The notes under the pieces are model-generated. The model was not told where the DNA came from, did no database searches, and saw only the letters and a list, made by a program, of their open reading frames with translations. A stretch of 64,000 nt of DNA from Mobula hypostoma (lineage: Eukaryota), in assembly GCF_963921235.1 (NCBI RefSeq), contig NC_086106.1:25172001-25236000 (forward strand), written 5' to 3'. A program made the translations under genes and the position numbers. Of this stretch, positions 1 to 11,508 are shown piece by piece (the stretch's first letter is position 1; every line of letters starts with the position of its first letter).

Positions 1-3000
1 GCATGTCTGAGGGATGGGAGCAAGATGAAGGGATTCAAGTTTCTGTATCATTGGGACCTCTTTTGGCGCAGGTGTGACCTGTATAAAAAGGACGGGTTGC
101 ACTTGAATCCTTGGGGGACCAAAATCCTGGCGGGGAGATTTGTGAAGACTACTGGGGAGACTTGAAACTAGAATGGTTGGGGGGTGGGAATCAAATTGAG
201 CACACTAGGAGACAGGAGGTTAGTTCACAAATAGAGTAAGCTAGTAGGCAGTGTGAGGGAGGATAGGCAGGGGACAGACAACGTGAGCCCTCAGACCGAA
301 GATGTAGGGGAGAAGGAAGAAAAAGATAACAAAATTGTTTGCACCATTAGGGATAAACAGAGAGTAAGAGGTGGAGAATTTCTTAAATGATTGTATTTTA
401 ATGCTGGGAGCATTGTTAGAAAGGTGAATGGGCTAGAGCATGGACTGATACCTGGAAATATGATGTTGCAGCTATTAGTGAAACATAGTTGCAGGAGGGG
501 TGTGATTGGCAACTAAAAATTCCTGGATTTCGTTGCTTCAGGTGTGATAGAATCGGAGGGGTAAGAGGGGGATGTGTTGCATTGCTTGTTAAAGAAAATA
601 TTACAGCGGTGCTTTGGCAGGATAGATTAGAGGACTCGTCTAGGGAGGCAATTTGGGTGGAATTGAGGAATGGGAAAGGTGTAATACGCTTATAGGGGTG
701 TATTATAGACCAGCTAATGGGGAGCGAGAATTGGAAGAGCAAATTTATAAGGAAATACAGATATTTGTAGTAAGCACAAGGTGGTAATTGTGGGCGATTT
801 TAATTTTCCACACATAGACTGGGAAACCCATTCTGTAACAGGGATAGATAGTTTTGAGTTTGTAAAATGTGCGCAAGGTAGATTTTTGTGGCAATACATA
901 GAGGACCAACTGGAGAAGGGGCAGTGTTGGATTTCCTGTTACGGAATGAGACAGGTCAGGTGACGGAGGTATGTGTTGGGGAGCACTTTGGGTTCAGTGA
1001 TCACAATGCCATTAGTTTCAATAGATTATGGAGAAAGATAGGACTCGACACAGGGTTGAGATTTTTGATTGGAGAAAGGCTAACTTTGAGGAGATGCGAA
1101 TTGATTTAGAAGGAGTGGATTGGGACAATTTGTTTTATGGGAAGGATGTAATAGAGAAATGGAGGAAACTTAAAGGTGAAAATTTGAGGGTACAAAATCT
1201 TTACCTTCCTGTTAGGTTGAAAGGAATGTTTAAAAGTTTGAGGGAACCATGGTTTTCAAGAGATATTGGAAACTTGGTTCAGAAAAAGAGAGAAATCTAC
1301 AATAAATAGCGGCAACTTGGAATAAATGACGTGCTCGAGAAATGTGAAGAATGTATAAATAATCTTAATAAAAAAAATAGAAAAGCTAAAAGAAGATATG
1401 AGGTTGTTGTGGCAAGTAAGGTGAAAATAAATCCGAGGGGATTCTACAGTTATATTAATACCAAAAGGACAGTGATGGATCAAGTTGGTCCCTTGCAGAA
1501 TCAGGGTGGACGGCTATGTGCGGAGCCAAAAGAAATGGGGGCGATTTTGAAAAATTTATTCTATTCGGTGTTCACGAAGGAGAAAGATATTAAATTGTGT
1601 AATGTACTCGAACAAGTAAGGTAGTTATGGAAACTATGACGATTACAGAAGAGGAAGTACTGGCGGTTTTACGTAATATAAAAGTGGATAAGTCTCCGGG
1701 TCCTGACAGGTTATTGCTTTGGAACTTCAGGGAACTTAGTGTGGAAATAGGGGCTGTGACAGAAATATTTGAAATGTCATTAGAAACGGGGATGGTGCCG
1801 GAGGATTGGTGCATTGCTCATGTTGTTCCATTGTTTAAAAAGGGTTCTAAGAGTAAACCTTGCAATTATCGGCCTGTGAGTTTGACGTCAGTTCTGGGTA
1901 AATTGATCGAAATTATTCTTGGAGATGGTATATATAAATATCTGGATAGACGGGGTCTGATTAGCAACAGTCAACGTGGATTTGTGCGTGGACGGGCATG
2001 TTTGACAAATTTTATTGGATTTTTTGAAGAGGTTACTCGGAAATTTGACGAGGGAAAGCGGTGGATGTTGTCTAAAATGACTTCAGTAAGACCGTTGACA
2101 AGGTTCGACACGGAAGGTTAGTTAGGAAGGTTCAATCGTTCGGTATTAATATTGAAGTAGCAAAATGGATTTGGCAGTGGCTAGATGGGAGACGCCAGAG
2201 AGTAGTGGTGGATAACTGTTGGTCAGATTGTAGGCCAGTGACTAGTGGTGTGCCTCAGGGATCTATACTGGGTCCAATGTTGTTTGGAATACATATTAAT
2301 GATCTGGATAATGGGGTGGTAAATTGGATGAGTAAGTATGCAGATGATACTAAGGTAGGCGGAGTTGTGGATAATGACGTAGGTTTTCAAAGCTTGCAGA
2401 GATATTTAGGCCAGTTAAAAGAGTGGGCTGAAAGATGGCCGATGGAGTTTAATGCTGATAAATATGAGGTGCTGCATTTTGGTAGGGCTAATCAAAATAG
2501 GACACACGTGGTAAGTGGTAGGGTATTTGAAGAATGCAGTAAAACAGAGGATCATGGATTAATGGTGCATAGTTCTCTGAAGTTGGAACCTCCTGTGGAT
2601 AGGGTGGTGAAGAAAGCTTTTAGTATGCTGGCCTTTAAAATCAGAGCATTGAATATCGGAGTTGGGATGTAATATTGCAATTGTACAAAGCATTTTAAGG
2701 CCAGATTTGGAGTATTGCCACAGTTTTGGTCACCGAATTATAGAAAAGTTGTCAACGATATTGGAATGTACAGAAAAGATTTACTAGAATGTTACCTGGG
2801 TTTCATCCCATAAGTTACAGAGAAAGGTTGAACAAGTTGGGACTTCATTCTTTGGAACAGAGAAGGTTGAGGGGGGTCTTGGTAGAGATATTTATAATTA
2901 TGAGGGGGTTAGATGGAGTAAACGTGGATAGGCTTTTGTTCCATTGAGAGTCGGGAAGATTTAAACAAGAGGACATGAGTTCAGAGTTAAACAGCAAAAG

Positions 3001-3254
3001 TTTACGGGTAACATGAGTGCGAACTTCTTTACTCAGAGAGTGGTAGCTGTGTGAAACGAGCTTCCAGGTGACGCGGTTGGGGCTGGTTAGATGTTGTCAT
3101 TTAAAGTTAAATTGGATATCTATATGGACAGGAAAAGAATGGAGGTTATCGGCTGCATGCGGGTCGGTGGTACTAGGTGAGATTAAGAGTTTGGCACGGA
3201 CTAGAAGGGCCGAGATTGCCTTCTTCCGTGTTTTCATTTTCATATGGTTATATG
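1..3254 (+). mobile_element. Degenerate CR1-clade LINE: end of ORF1 (SGNH esterase), ORF2 endonuclease and reverse transcriptase, 3' tail
   Basis: 31-140 reads GFKFLYHWDLFWRRCDLYKKDGLHLNPWGTKIL (DGLH esterase motif). ORF fragments carry GGCVALLVK and VIVGDFNFPHIDW (endonuclease), and KSPGPD, NYRPVSLTS, SGVPQGSILGP and YADDTK (RT). Many stops and frameshifts. Ends are approximate. Confidence 0.93.
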
Positions 3255-4339
3255 ATTAATAAGTAGCTGACACCTACAAATTCACAAGTGCAATTGCCGT
3301 ATCTACTGCGTGGCCAAATCCGTGGTTCTGACAAACCCAATTGAAAAATGGAGATAACAGAGATGAGAGCTGAAATTTCAAAGTTTAAAGCAAATATATT
3401 ATCAAATTGCGCACATGCCTCACATTTCTCCTTGAGATTCTGATGTGCAATTTGCATATTTGAGTCATCAGTGCATTGCAATGCATAATAATTAAGATGC
3501 ATTGCAATAAAAAGTGTATATATAACAAACAATAAATTAGCAGTGCAAGTGTTGATGTAAAACGATATTCATTGAACAGGTTACCCGTTAATTCCATGTT
3601 TGAAAAGAAAACTTAATAATAAACCGCAACAGAAGAATCTACGCCGCAAAGCTGCCAGCAACTGAAATATATTTTATTCTTTATTTTGAGACTATTTTGC
3701 GTGCAACCATTCACTAGAATAAGTATTAAGCCAGTGTATTAAGCATTGGCGGTTTACGGACTTGCGTAACTGCAATATGGTCATGATTAACGCCATGTTC
3801 ATTTGTTCTATAACTGTTTGTTCCGAAACTGAAATGTAAAGTTTGTGGTTTACACCCTAAATATTTGTACAAAAAAGTAGAAACTTCTAGCAGCCTGCCA
3901 CCAAATCTGTTGGTACAATAAATATGCTTTGTACAATACCGAAATTTACGCCGCAGGCATCAAATGCCAATGAACTGTTCAAACGCGTGAACAATTGTAG
4001 CTATGAAAAAATTTGCTTTCGAAACCCAATAATGACAAGCCAGGAGCCTGTTTTCGTGTAGAGGAATTTTATAGTGGGAGAAATATCCCGAAGCCGACTG
4101 AAGTTACTGCTGTGGGGATGGCCCGGAAATCGGCTACAAACTTCCAAAATAGATAGTGAGTGATAAACGAGGAGCGGCCGCATAGTTTTGGGAAAGAATT
4201 CAGTTGCCACAAGTATCATAAAAAAGGGGGAGTTGAAACAGTCATACAGCAGCGTACTGGTTAGCACAACGATTTACTGTACCTGTGGCTAGTATTCAAT
4301 TAACACCACTGCTTGAGAAGAGATTAATCTTTCTCCCCG

Positions 4340-4425
4340 GAAAACATGGGATTTATTTCGGGTGTTATGGTTTCCTCCAACAGCCCAAGGTCTGGCATGT
4401 TTTCATAGGCTGATGCGTTATTGTA
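4340..4425 (+). mobile_element. Possible short, highly degenerate SINE fragment
   Basis: gggatttatttcgggtgttatggtttcctccaacagcccaag resembles the GGGTTTCCTCCGGGTGCTCCGGTTTCCTCCCACA core of vertebrate tRNA-SINEs. Recognised by eye only. Confidence 0.3.
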
Positions 4426-5467
4426 AATTGTAAGCTAATAATGGCTAGGACTGAACCCGGGTATTGCCAGGCTTCGTGCCTCGAAGTCCACGAGGGGCAA
4501 GTTTCTCACAGTATCTCAAGAAATTTATAAGTAATCAAAAAAACAAATAAACAAGTAAGTAAATAAATAAGAATCGTTATGCCCTGCAAATCATATGCTC
4601 GTTGCGAAGTCAGGATGATTTTTTATTCTTAAACAATTTATCCAACGTTAATGGATGACAGATAAATTCAATTAAATGTCCACACTATTTGTATTTTTGC
4701 AGAACTGATTACACTGATTAGAATGCATGCCGGGAGCTCATTCAAACCTGCATGTAATCGTTAATCCTTCTCCTGTAAAAAAGTGAAATAAAATATCACT
4801 ACAACAACATATTCGACTACACGTCCTTTATGTTGCCATATTTGAATTCATTTCGGCCCAGTGTTCATAGTGAAGGTTCAGGAGGGTAAGTGTGTTCAGA
4901 AGAATAAATGGATTCCACCTTCGTTGTGCAATTCTTCCATTACACTCGCGACTCACCAAGTCATACGCCGTAAATCCGATGACAGCAGGAAACGGCTGAG
5001 TTTATGTCGGGCCTTCTATTTCAAATTTCCTTTTTGATCCAAAATTCTATATTTCTGTACGTCTGGAATGTTGAGTGCCGATTTCATAATGTGAAGAAAC
5101 GGATGCAATGAGAACATTGCGGTTTGAAACATCATTTTGAAAAAGTCAGTAATGCAGCACAAAATGCCAGTTACACAATATTATTCGGAAGGAGTGTGAT
5201 GCTCCATAGGTTACAAGTGTTTGAACAGTAAAGGTCGCTTGACTGGAGGTGTGAGTTGAATTAAGCTGTTGAATTAAGAAACGCTCGGAATGCTCCTCAA
5301 TAGTCTCACCGTCTAAGGGTAGTTGAGTCATTTTTGCAGTGTCATCAGGAGACGCAGTATCAGGCGAATTGTTTTAAATGCCATAACTTATTTATTTTTT
5401 TGCCTGCTTGTTGATTTATCCTTATCTCTTTATCTACAGAACTATGTATATCTTTCTGCTATAATTT

Positions 5468-5550
5468 GTGTATATATATATATATTTATTTATTCATTCA
5501 TTCATTCATTCATTCATACATTTGTTTGTTTGTTTGCTTTTTATTTATAT
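5468..5550. repeat. Compound microsatellite (TA)n-(TTCA)n-(TTTG)n
   Basis: Directly visible simple repeats. Confidence 0.85.
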
Positions 5551-5564
5551 ATTTACCTCCCATT

Positions 5565-7283
5565 CCATAAGACCATAAGACCATAAGACAAAGGAGCAGA
5601 AGTCGGCCATTCGGCCCACCAAGTCTGCTCCGCCATTTTATCATGAGCTGATCTATTCTCCCATTTAGTCCCATTCCCCCGCTTTCTGACCATAACCTTT
5701 GAGGCCCTGGCTACTCAGATACCTATCAATCTCTGCCTTAAATACACCCAATGACTTGGCGTCCACTGCTGCCCGTTACAACAATTTCCATAGATTCACC
5801 ACCGTCTGACTAAAAAAATTCTTGGCATTTCTGTTCTGAATGGGCGCCCTTCAATCCTTAAGTCATGTCCTCTCGTACTAGACACCCCCATCATGGGAAA
5901 CTATTTTTCCGCATCCACTCTGTCCATGTCTTTCAACATTCGAAATGTTTCTATGACGTCTCCCCTCATTCGTCTAAACTCCAGGGAATGCAGTCTTAAG
6001 AGCGGACAAACGTTCCTCTTATGTTAACCCTCTCATTCGCTGAATCATTCTAGTCAATCTTCTCTGTACCCTCTCCAACGACAGCACATACTTTCTTGAA
6101 TAAGGAGACAAAAATTGTCCACAGTGCTACAAGTGCGGTCTCACCAGCGCCTTATAGAGCCTCAAAATCACATCCCTGCTGCTATACTCCATTGCTCTGG
6201 AAATGAATGCCAACATTGCATTCGCCTTCTTCACTACCGACTCAGCCTGGAGGGTAACCTTAAGGGTATCCTGTACGAGGACTCCCAAGTCCCGTTGCAT
6301 CTCAGAACCTTGAATTCTTTCCCCATTTAAATAATAGTCTGCCCGTTTATTTCTTCTGCCAAAGTGCATAACCATACACTTTCCAACATTGTATTTCATT
6401 TGCCAATTCTTTGTCTATTCTTCCAACCTATTCAAGTCTCTCTGCAGTCTCTCCGTTTCCTCGGCACTACCGGCCCCTCCACCTATTTTCGTATCGTCAG
6501 CAAACTTAGCCACAAAGCCATCTATTCCATAATCCAAAATTGTAATTACAATGTAAAAAAAAGTGGTCCCAACACGGAACCCTGTGGGACACCACTGGTA
6601 ACCGGCACTCAACCAGAATATGATGCCTTTATTCCCATTCTCTGTTTCCTGCCAATCAGCCAACGCTTTATCCACGCATGTAACTTTCCCGTAATTCCAT
6701 GGGCTCTTATATTTTTAAGTAGCCTCATGTGTGGCACCTTGTCAAAGGTCTTCTGAAAATCCAAATATACAACATCCACTGCAGCTCCCTTGGTCTAGCC
6801 TACTGGTAATTTCTTCAAAAAAAAAAGTAATAGGTTTCTACGCAGAATTTTCCTTTAAGGAATCCATGCTGAGTTCTGCCTATCTTGTCATATGCCTCCA
6901 GGTATTCTGTAACCTCATCCTTGACAATCGACTCCAACAACTTCCCAACCACCGATGTCAAGCTAACAGGTCTATCATTTCCTTCTTGCTTCCTTGCCGC
7001 CTTCCTAAGTAGCGGAGTGACATTTGCAATATTCCAGTCCTCCGGAACCATGCCAGAATCTATCGACTTTTGAGAGATCATTGCTACTGCTTCCGCAATC
7101 TCCACAGCTACTTCCTTCATAACACGAGGGTGCATTCCATCTGCTCCGGGAGATTTATCTACCTTTAGACTATTCAGCTGACTGAGTAGTTTCTCTGTCG
7201 TAATTGTGACTGCGCACACTTCTCTTCCCTGCCACCCTTGAGTGTTCAGTATACTGCTGATGTCTTCCTCAGTGAAGACTGAT
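5565..7283 (-). mobile_element. 5'-truncated CR1 LINE (RT to 3' UTR) with (CCATAAGA)3 tail
   Basis: Minus-strand ORFs contain KSPGADGMHP, DRPVSLTSVVGK, FADDTKIGG and LYKALVRPHL. Three 8-mer tail repeats at 5565-5588. CCATTC on both flanks (5560-5565, 7284-7289). Confidence 0.92.
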
Positions 7284-7949
7284 CCATTCGGTCATGTGTT
7301 TATTTGTTTATCAATTTAAGATACTTATTCAGTAAGTTAGTTACTTTTTTATTTGTTCTCTGATATTTATTTCTATATTATTTATTCAACCAAAGAGGTA
7401 AGCTTTGAGTATAAAACTATAAAATAATGACAACTATTTATAATTCATACATGCTCCCTTTTGACGTCTAGGGGAAAAAAAACTGGGTCTAATTAATAGA
7501 TCAATGCTGCATCATTGCATTAACAGTATACTGAGAATTAACTTGAAGGCATTGTCCAGCTGATCGATAGACTTTGCAATTTAAACGAAGGAAAAACAAA
7601 ACAGCAGAGAGAGAAATGTAATTTTGGAGCATATAGATGAAAACAAAATAATTCATTCTAAATCGAGGAAAGTTATTCACTTCCCCACTGAGTTGTATTC
7701 ACTATGAGATGTCGTCTATCGTTTGGGACGCTATTATTTTCAGATACAAACTTTTTTTTTCCGTTTGTTTGTTATTATAGCCAATAATACATGAAGGACA
7801 TCAGACTTGCTTTTGCTTCATCCACATATTAAACATATCTCCATGTTTCCTTGCGTTCTTGAGATGGAATGCTTTGTCAAAACAGCAAATAAATCAGTCA
7901 TGAGGCAACTGGTGTTTACTTTGTAAATCCTTTACTTCTCATTTTCCAG

Positions 7950-8257
7950 ATCTGCCTACTTGAGAGGACATATGAAGTCCATTTATTAAATGTGCGACAA
8001 AATCGTCTATAGGCGTAATTAAAGGAGCGAAAACAACAAATATTTCCAAAAAAACTTTCTCAAAATCCTGCTAGTATTACATTAAGTGCGTTAGTTAATC
8101 CTCTTTTTATGCTACAGGGCTCTTTAACCTTTTTTTTTAAGGTTGAGTGTCCGATGCACTCTGATCACTCTCTGTATATTACACTGATTCGTAATAGATT
8201 GGAATAGTTATCACGCATATGACGAATAGCATGAATTCCTCTGCGTGCTGCACAGAT
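7950..8257 (+). pseudogene. V relic psiV0 (paralogues at 20844-21790, split by a Penelope composite, and 30156-30469)
   Basis: Conserved acceptor ttttccag| at 7949. The A' copy reads (W>stop)Y-R-L-I-P-G-Y-Q-L-I-L-F-L-S-Y with a 1-nt shift (FR2). Ends N-S-M-N-F-L-C-V-L (D-S-A-x-Y-L-C register, 1-nt deletion) followed by CACAGAT or CACAATG. Exon length 301 bp versus 302 bp for the intact Vs. No nonamer. Confidence 0.62.
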
Positions 8258-8493
8258 GTTGTCTGATGTTGTGGATGCTTGTTTCGCCTTCTCTTTCATT
8301 TTTGAAATTGAGGACACGGCATGTTGCTTTTGTCATGGATTTGCATTAAAATGGACGGCTCCACTATCTCTGTCGTGTCGTATTAATCATGACCATGCAA
8401 TGCTCTTGAACGTGATCATATTTATGATGTGCATACACTCTCCATATTACAGGAACTACTCTGATGCTGTGCCCTATGTCTGCTTTCACTGTG
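8258..8493 (+). pseudogene. V relic psiV1 (CDR1-FR3; paralogues near 21800-22000 and 30470-30703)
   Basis: ggacagcgccactatctttgatcg (A' copy) aligns to the intact-V FR2 ggacagcgaccacagtatttaattcg, with a TGG 14 nt upstream. FR3 reads T-L-H-I-T-(G/A)-T then, after a frameshift, S-D-A-V-P-Y-V-C-F (D at -6, Y at -2). CACTGTG follows at 8487-8493. Confidence 0.6.
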
Positions 8494-8939
8494 GTCGTCT
8501 GACAGGCTCCATGACAGTTACTGAGCACTTTATAGCATTCACAACTTTCATACAGGCGGCTGCAGAAGTATCGAAAGAACGTAGACATAAAACTGCTTCA
8601 TACGACCCCAGGTGATAATGCGTTGGAGTGAATTATTAGACAATCTATTCCTATTCCCACGACAGAGACTGGGATATACAGGATTACCTCTCTTCGCTAT
8701 GTGTAACCTGAAACTAAAGTAACCTGCAACATTAGGTGTCACAATGAATATAAATTTATTATAACCAGTGGTAATTACTCTCAAATATATCATTTTATCA
8801 TCACCTTATATTACCGCACTACGTTACATGTAAAACCCAGTGGAAAGTTCCAATAATGTTCAGAGACTCTGCTCCCTGTTTAGTGGCCCATGTGTGTTTC
8901 ACACTGTTTGTAACAGAGCCATAATGCAGAAATATACGT

Positions 8940-9266
8940 AGTAGTTGTGGGAAGATTCATCCAATTTCTCTCAATTAGATCTCCACACGGAAATACCACG
9001 CGGAGTCAGTCAGCTGCACGGCTGCCATAGTCAGTAGCTGCTCCTTCCCAGCAACTGGACTGCATCGGTAAAACGACCATTACTGAATTACGCCGGATGC
9101 TCATAGACTCCAAGAGTTGGTTACCACATGACAAACTCCGGTTGTCTATCCGGATTATTTTGCGGAGACAAAATAAATATAAGGAAAACGATGCAGTGAC
9201 GTTCTTTCATTTTTGTCCATGTAACCAATAACTATTGCGGAATTATTGATTCGGCATTGTTCTGTC
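8940..9266 (-). pseudogene. Inverted V pseudogene psiVa with vestigial 23-spacer RSS (V exon 8979-9266)
   Basis: Minus strand reads ...NNAESI...PDRQPEFVMW*...EHPA*FSNGRFT...LTMAAVQLTDSAWYF(C>R)VE. It is followed by CTAATTG, a 23-nt spacer and ACAACTACT. Confidence 0.85.
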
Positions 9267-9495
9267 CAGTTATACGATTAAAATGAGAAAAAAAAAGAAA
9301 CACTACGTTGTCTCGCAGCATCGAATCAGCAGAACGCATCATAAAGAATGGGACAGCACCTCTGTATGTTTCGCACCACATATCATGAGTTCACAAGAAC
9401 AGCCATTCCCCTGTATCTGTGTTATTTCTTATCATAGCATATGCACAGTATGAGATTGGTTTTAATTCAAAAAATATTTCAAATTTAGGTTAAAA

Positions 9496-9865
9496 CGTTT
9501 TTGAATCAGAGTATGATAATATCTAAGATCCTGAGTCACAGGGCGAGATGGATTGCACTTTCTAATGCCATGCTTTCGAGATCATCACAGTTTGAAAACA
9601 TCGCCTGCTTAGGTATTCCTCATGGCCATATAATCCAGGATTGGTTTCAATAGAATAGATTTACATTTTTCCACTATGCCTATCTAAATCGGGATTTTGT
9701 TTGCTTCTGATAACACAATATTTTACGATAATCCAAAATCGCTTGCATTCTTGCCGATGGTGAACGACACACACAGCAAACCAAAACCAAGTCGTCGCAT
9801 GCCTCTGTTTCCAAAATGAAGTCATGCATTTTGATCGCTTCGACTTGTGAGTCATAAATCAAACC
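9496..9865 (-). pseudogene. Inverted V relic psiVb (exon about 9536-9865; paralogues near 22890-23215 and 31640-31950)
   Basis: Acceptor ccgtag|. EAIKMHDFILETEACDDLVLVC places Cys at position 22. Then (FW)YRK; LTISQA in the B copy; end LESAIHL-AL. Downstream tcttagatattatcatactctgattcaaaaacg resembles the spacer plus nonamer of the intact Vs. Confidence 0.5.
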
Positions 9866-10111
9866 CTACGGAAAACGTCCACTGAGATGGTCTAACATAA
9901 TATACTGCAGAACAATCGCAAGAAACAAGATGTCGTTCTGTTTTTATTCGTTTATTTCAGAGTCTCTACCTCAGAAAAATAGGTTCGTGATAAAGTCATA
10001 TACATTAGCCCGCAAATTCCCTGATTGATATCAACATTCTCTGAAAGCAGATGTTCCTTATATCCTGACATATATATCTACGGATATCCATCGATCATTT
10101 ATACCCACAAG

Positions 10112-10400
10112 TTTGACGTTGAACAAGCTCATCGTCGGGAACTTTCAGCCCTGGTTCACGAAGGAAAGGCGCTTCATCGAGAGTTTCGTTTGTCCGCAGT
10201 TATAAAAGACGGAAACGTTCGGGACACCCAGCTGGGGTGGAAGCTTCTGCGAAAACCGACAAAGGAGCAATTCTCGTGAGAGAATTACTAAAGTTCTGCT
10301 GACATCTGGTGGAATGTATTTTCTTTGTTCATGGCCCTGTTACATGAAAGTCACGGCTTCCTTCACGTCTCAACAGCTTATACACAAATGATCATACTTC
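10112..10400 (+). pseudogene. V relic psiV2 (paralogues near 23466-23757 and 32180-32470)
   Basis: DVEQAHRRELSALVHEGK (FR1-like VEQ...V-x-EG), W-K-L-L-R-K-P-T-K-E-Q-F (FR2-like) and F-L-H-V-S-T-A (E strand), over about 95 codons. Cysteines and RSS are not cleanly recognisable. Confidence 0.48.
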
Positions 10401-10510
10401 CATCCGCGAAATGAAGTGTAAGTTATTCAGAGAAAAGCTACTTGCATAGGCTGCATTTGAACACGTCAAACTATCGTGCGCCTTGCTGCTTGCTCATGTC
10501 TGCTTTTCAG

Positions 10511-10786
10511 ATCCATTCTGGCGCTTCTACGTTCTGCCAGATATCCACAACATAGAATAGCAAAAACTGTAATTTCATCTTTTCCTGCAAAGCGGCTTCA
10601 TTACCATCCCTTTATTTCCGCTCGCACCCTCTGGTTCGATGAGAAATCGCAACTTGATGACAGTCCTCTCCACGAGAATTGTGCCTGCCCTGCACTCGTT
10701 TGCCGATGAGTGGCGCTTCGCTGTTAATGGCAGCTCACAAAGTATTTGACTCCTATGTTCTGCACTTCTGTGGTCGCCTGTGCAGA
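10511..10786 (+). pseudogene. V relic psiV3, immediately upstream of the intact V (paralogues near 23868-24135 and 32578-32850)
   Basis: Conserved acceptor ctgcttttcag|. The end LLMAAHKVFDSYVLHFC matches psiVa LTMAAVQLTDSAWYF(C) in register through MAA....DS, with one extra codon before H/Y-F-C. Confidence 0.5.
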
Positions 10787-10929
10787 ATTTCACTTCCTGC
10801 ATTTCGACTGAACGCCCTTTTGTGTTGTATATTTGGAGATTTAACACCTTGCGTTACCTCTTGTGATTGGTCGGTTTGGCCAAGATATGTATATTTCTCC
10901 TCTTGCAATGAGTTTCCCCCTGGAGTCAC
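10769..10929 (+). promoter_or_regulatory. Candidate V promoter module: RUNX (TGTGGT 10769-10774), ETS (CACTTCCTG 10791-10799), inverted CCAAT (ATTGG 10866-10870), GAGTCAC (10923-10929); same order upstream of all six leaders
   Basis: Motifs are conserved at the same spacing in A, B and A' units (ETS is CATTTCCTG in V3/V5). Function is inferred from known RUNX/ETS use at TCR regulatory elements. Confidence 0.5.
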
Positions 10930-10956
10930 GGAAGTACAGACACAAGCAGAGTGAAT

Positions 10957-11431
10957 ATGGCATATTGGCTCAAGCAGGTCCTCATTATTGTGTTTCTTCT
11001 GGGTAAGCTATTCCTTCACTGTGTTATTCCAGACCTTCCGAATTCTCTGTAACCACGTGTTTTTCTCTCTATTTAAGTAACATGCTGTTCGAAGTAGAAC
11101 TTACGATGTATTATTTATTTTACTGTTAGACCGGAGCCGTGAAGACTCAGTGGAACAGTCAGTAGTTGCAATGACGTTTGAAGAAGAAAGTAATATTACC
11201 CTAAACTGTACAGTGCAAACAATCGATACATTCCCGACAGTCTTCTGGTACAGGCAGCGTACTGGACAGCGACCACAGTATTTAATTCGGATTACCGCAG
11301 GGACAGCATACCGAAATGAGCATGTAACCGACCGACTATTTGCTTCCTATGATAAAAGTAAAAAATATACTGAACTATCGATTAACAACACCATACTCTC
11401 TGACTCGGCCACATACCTCTGCGCGATGAGC
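10957..11431 (+). CDS. TRAV: TCR alpha/delta-type V segment V1 (leader exon 10957-11002, intron 11003-11129, V exon 11130-11431), intact
   Basis: Leader MAYWLKQVLIIVFLL, phase-1 GT/AG intron, V domain with TLNC, VFWYRQRTGQRPQYL and SDSATYLCAMS, then an RSS. TRAV versus TRDV usage cannot be decided from this window. Confidence 0.93.
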
Positions 11432-11469
11432 CACGGTGTTTAAATATCAGAATTATTCGAACAAAAAAC
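11432..11469 (+). other. V1 recombination signal sequence
   Basis: CACGGTG, 22-nt spacer, ACAAAAAAC. Confidence 0.92.
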
Positions 11470-11494
11470 GCTCTTTCACAGTTTCTTCTAGAGC

Positions 11495-11508
11495 TCGATA
11501 GAGGGCGT
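11495..11508 (+). promoter_or_regulatory. Candidate forward CTCF site 25 bp after the V1 nonamer (equivalents 24846-24859, 33562-33575, 44492-44505, 53210-53223)
   Basis: TCG(A/G/C)TAGAGGGCG(T/A) versus the core consensus CC(A/G)SYAGRKGGCRS. Fixed position and orientation in all five complete genes. Confidence 0.55.

Noticed and set aside
4860-5070. VKVQEGK and YFCTSG motifs upstream of the array
   Set aside because: The spacing is too short, there is no FR2 Trp and no paralogue to cross-check. Could be a relic but is unsupported.
8494-8730. Possible further minus-strand V relic (C>R...C-Y-K...E-F-V, ending at CACAGTG)
   Set aside because: Spacing from the acceptor is wrong, FR3 is absent and B units are partly deleted here. 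Too weak to call.
11017-11023. Perfect inverted heptamer (CACTGTG) in the leader intron of V1, V2, V4 and V6
   Set aside because: The best nonamer match at 12, 22 or 23 nt is only about 5/9, and the heptamer is lost in V3 and V5. Treated as chance.
11432-11443. Unrearranged V reads through the heptamer to an in-frame TAA (HG(V/A)*), suggesting a secreted V domain
   Set aside because: A stop is expected by chance in an AT-rich spacer, and there is no evidence of such a product. The ORF-track ends are artefacts of this.
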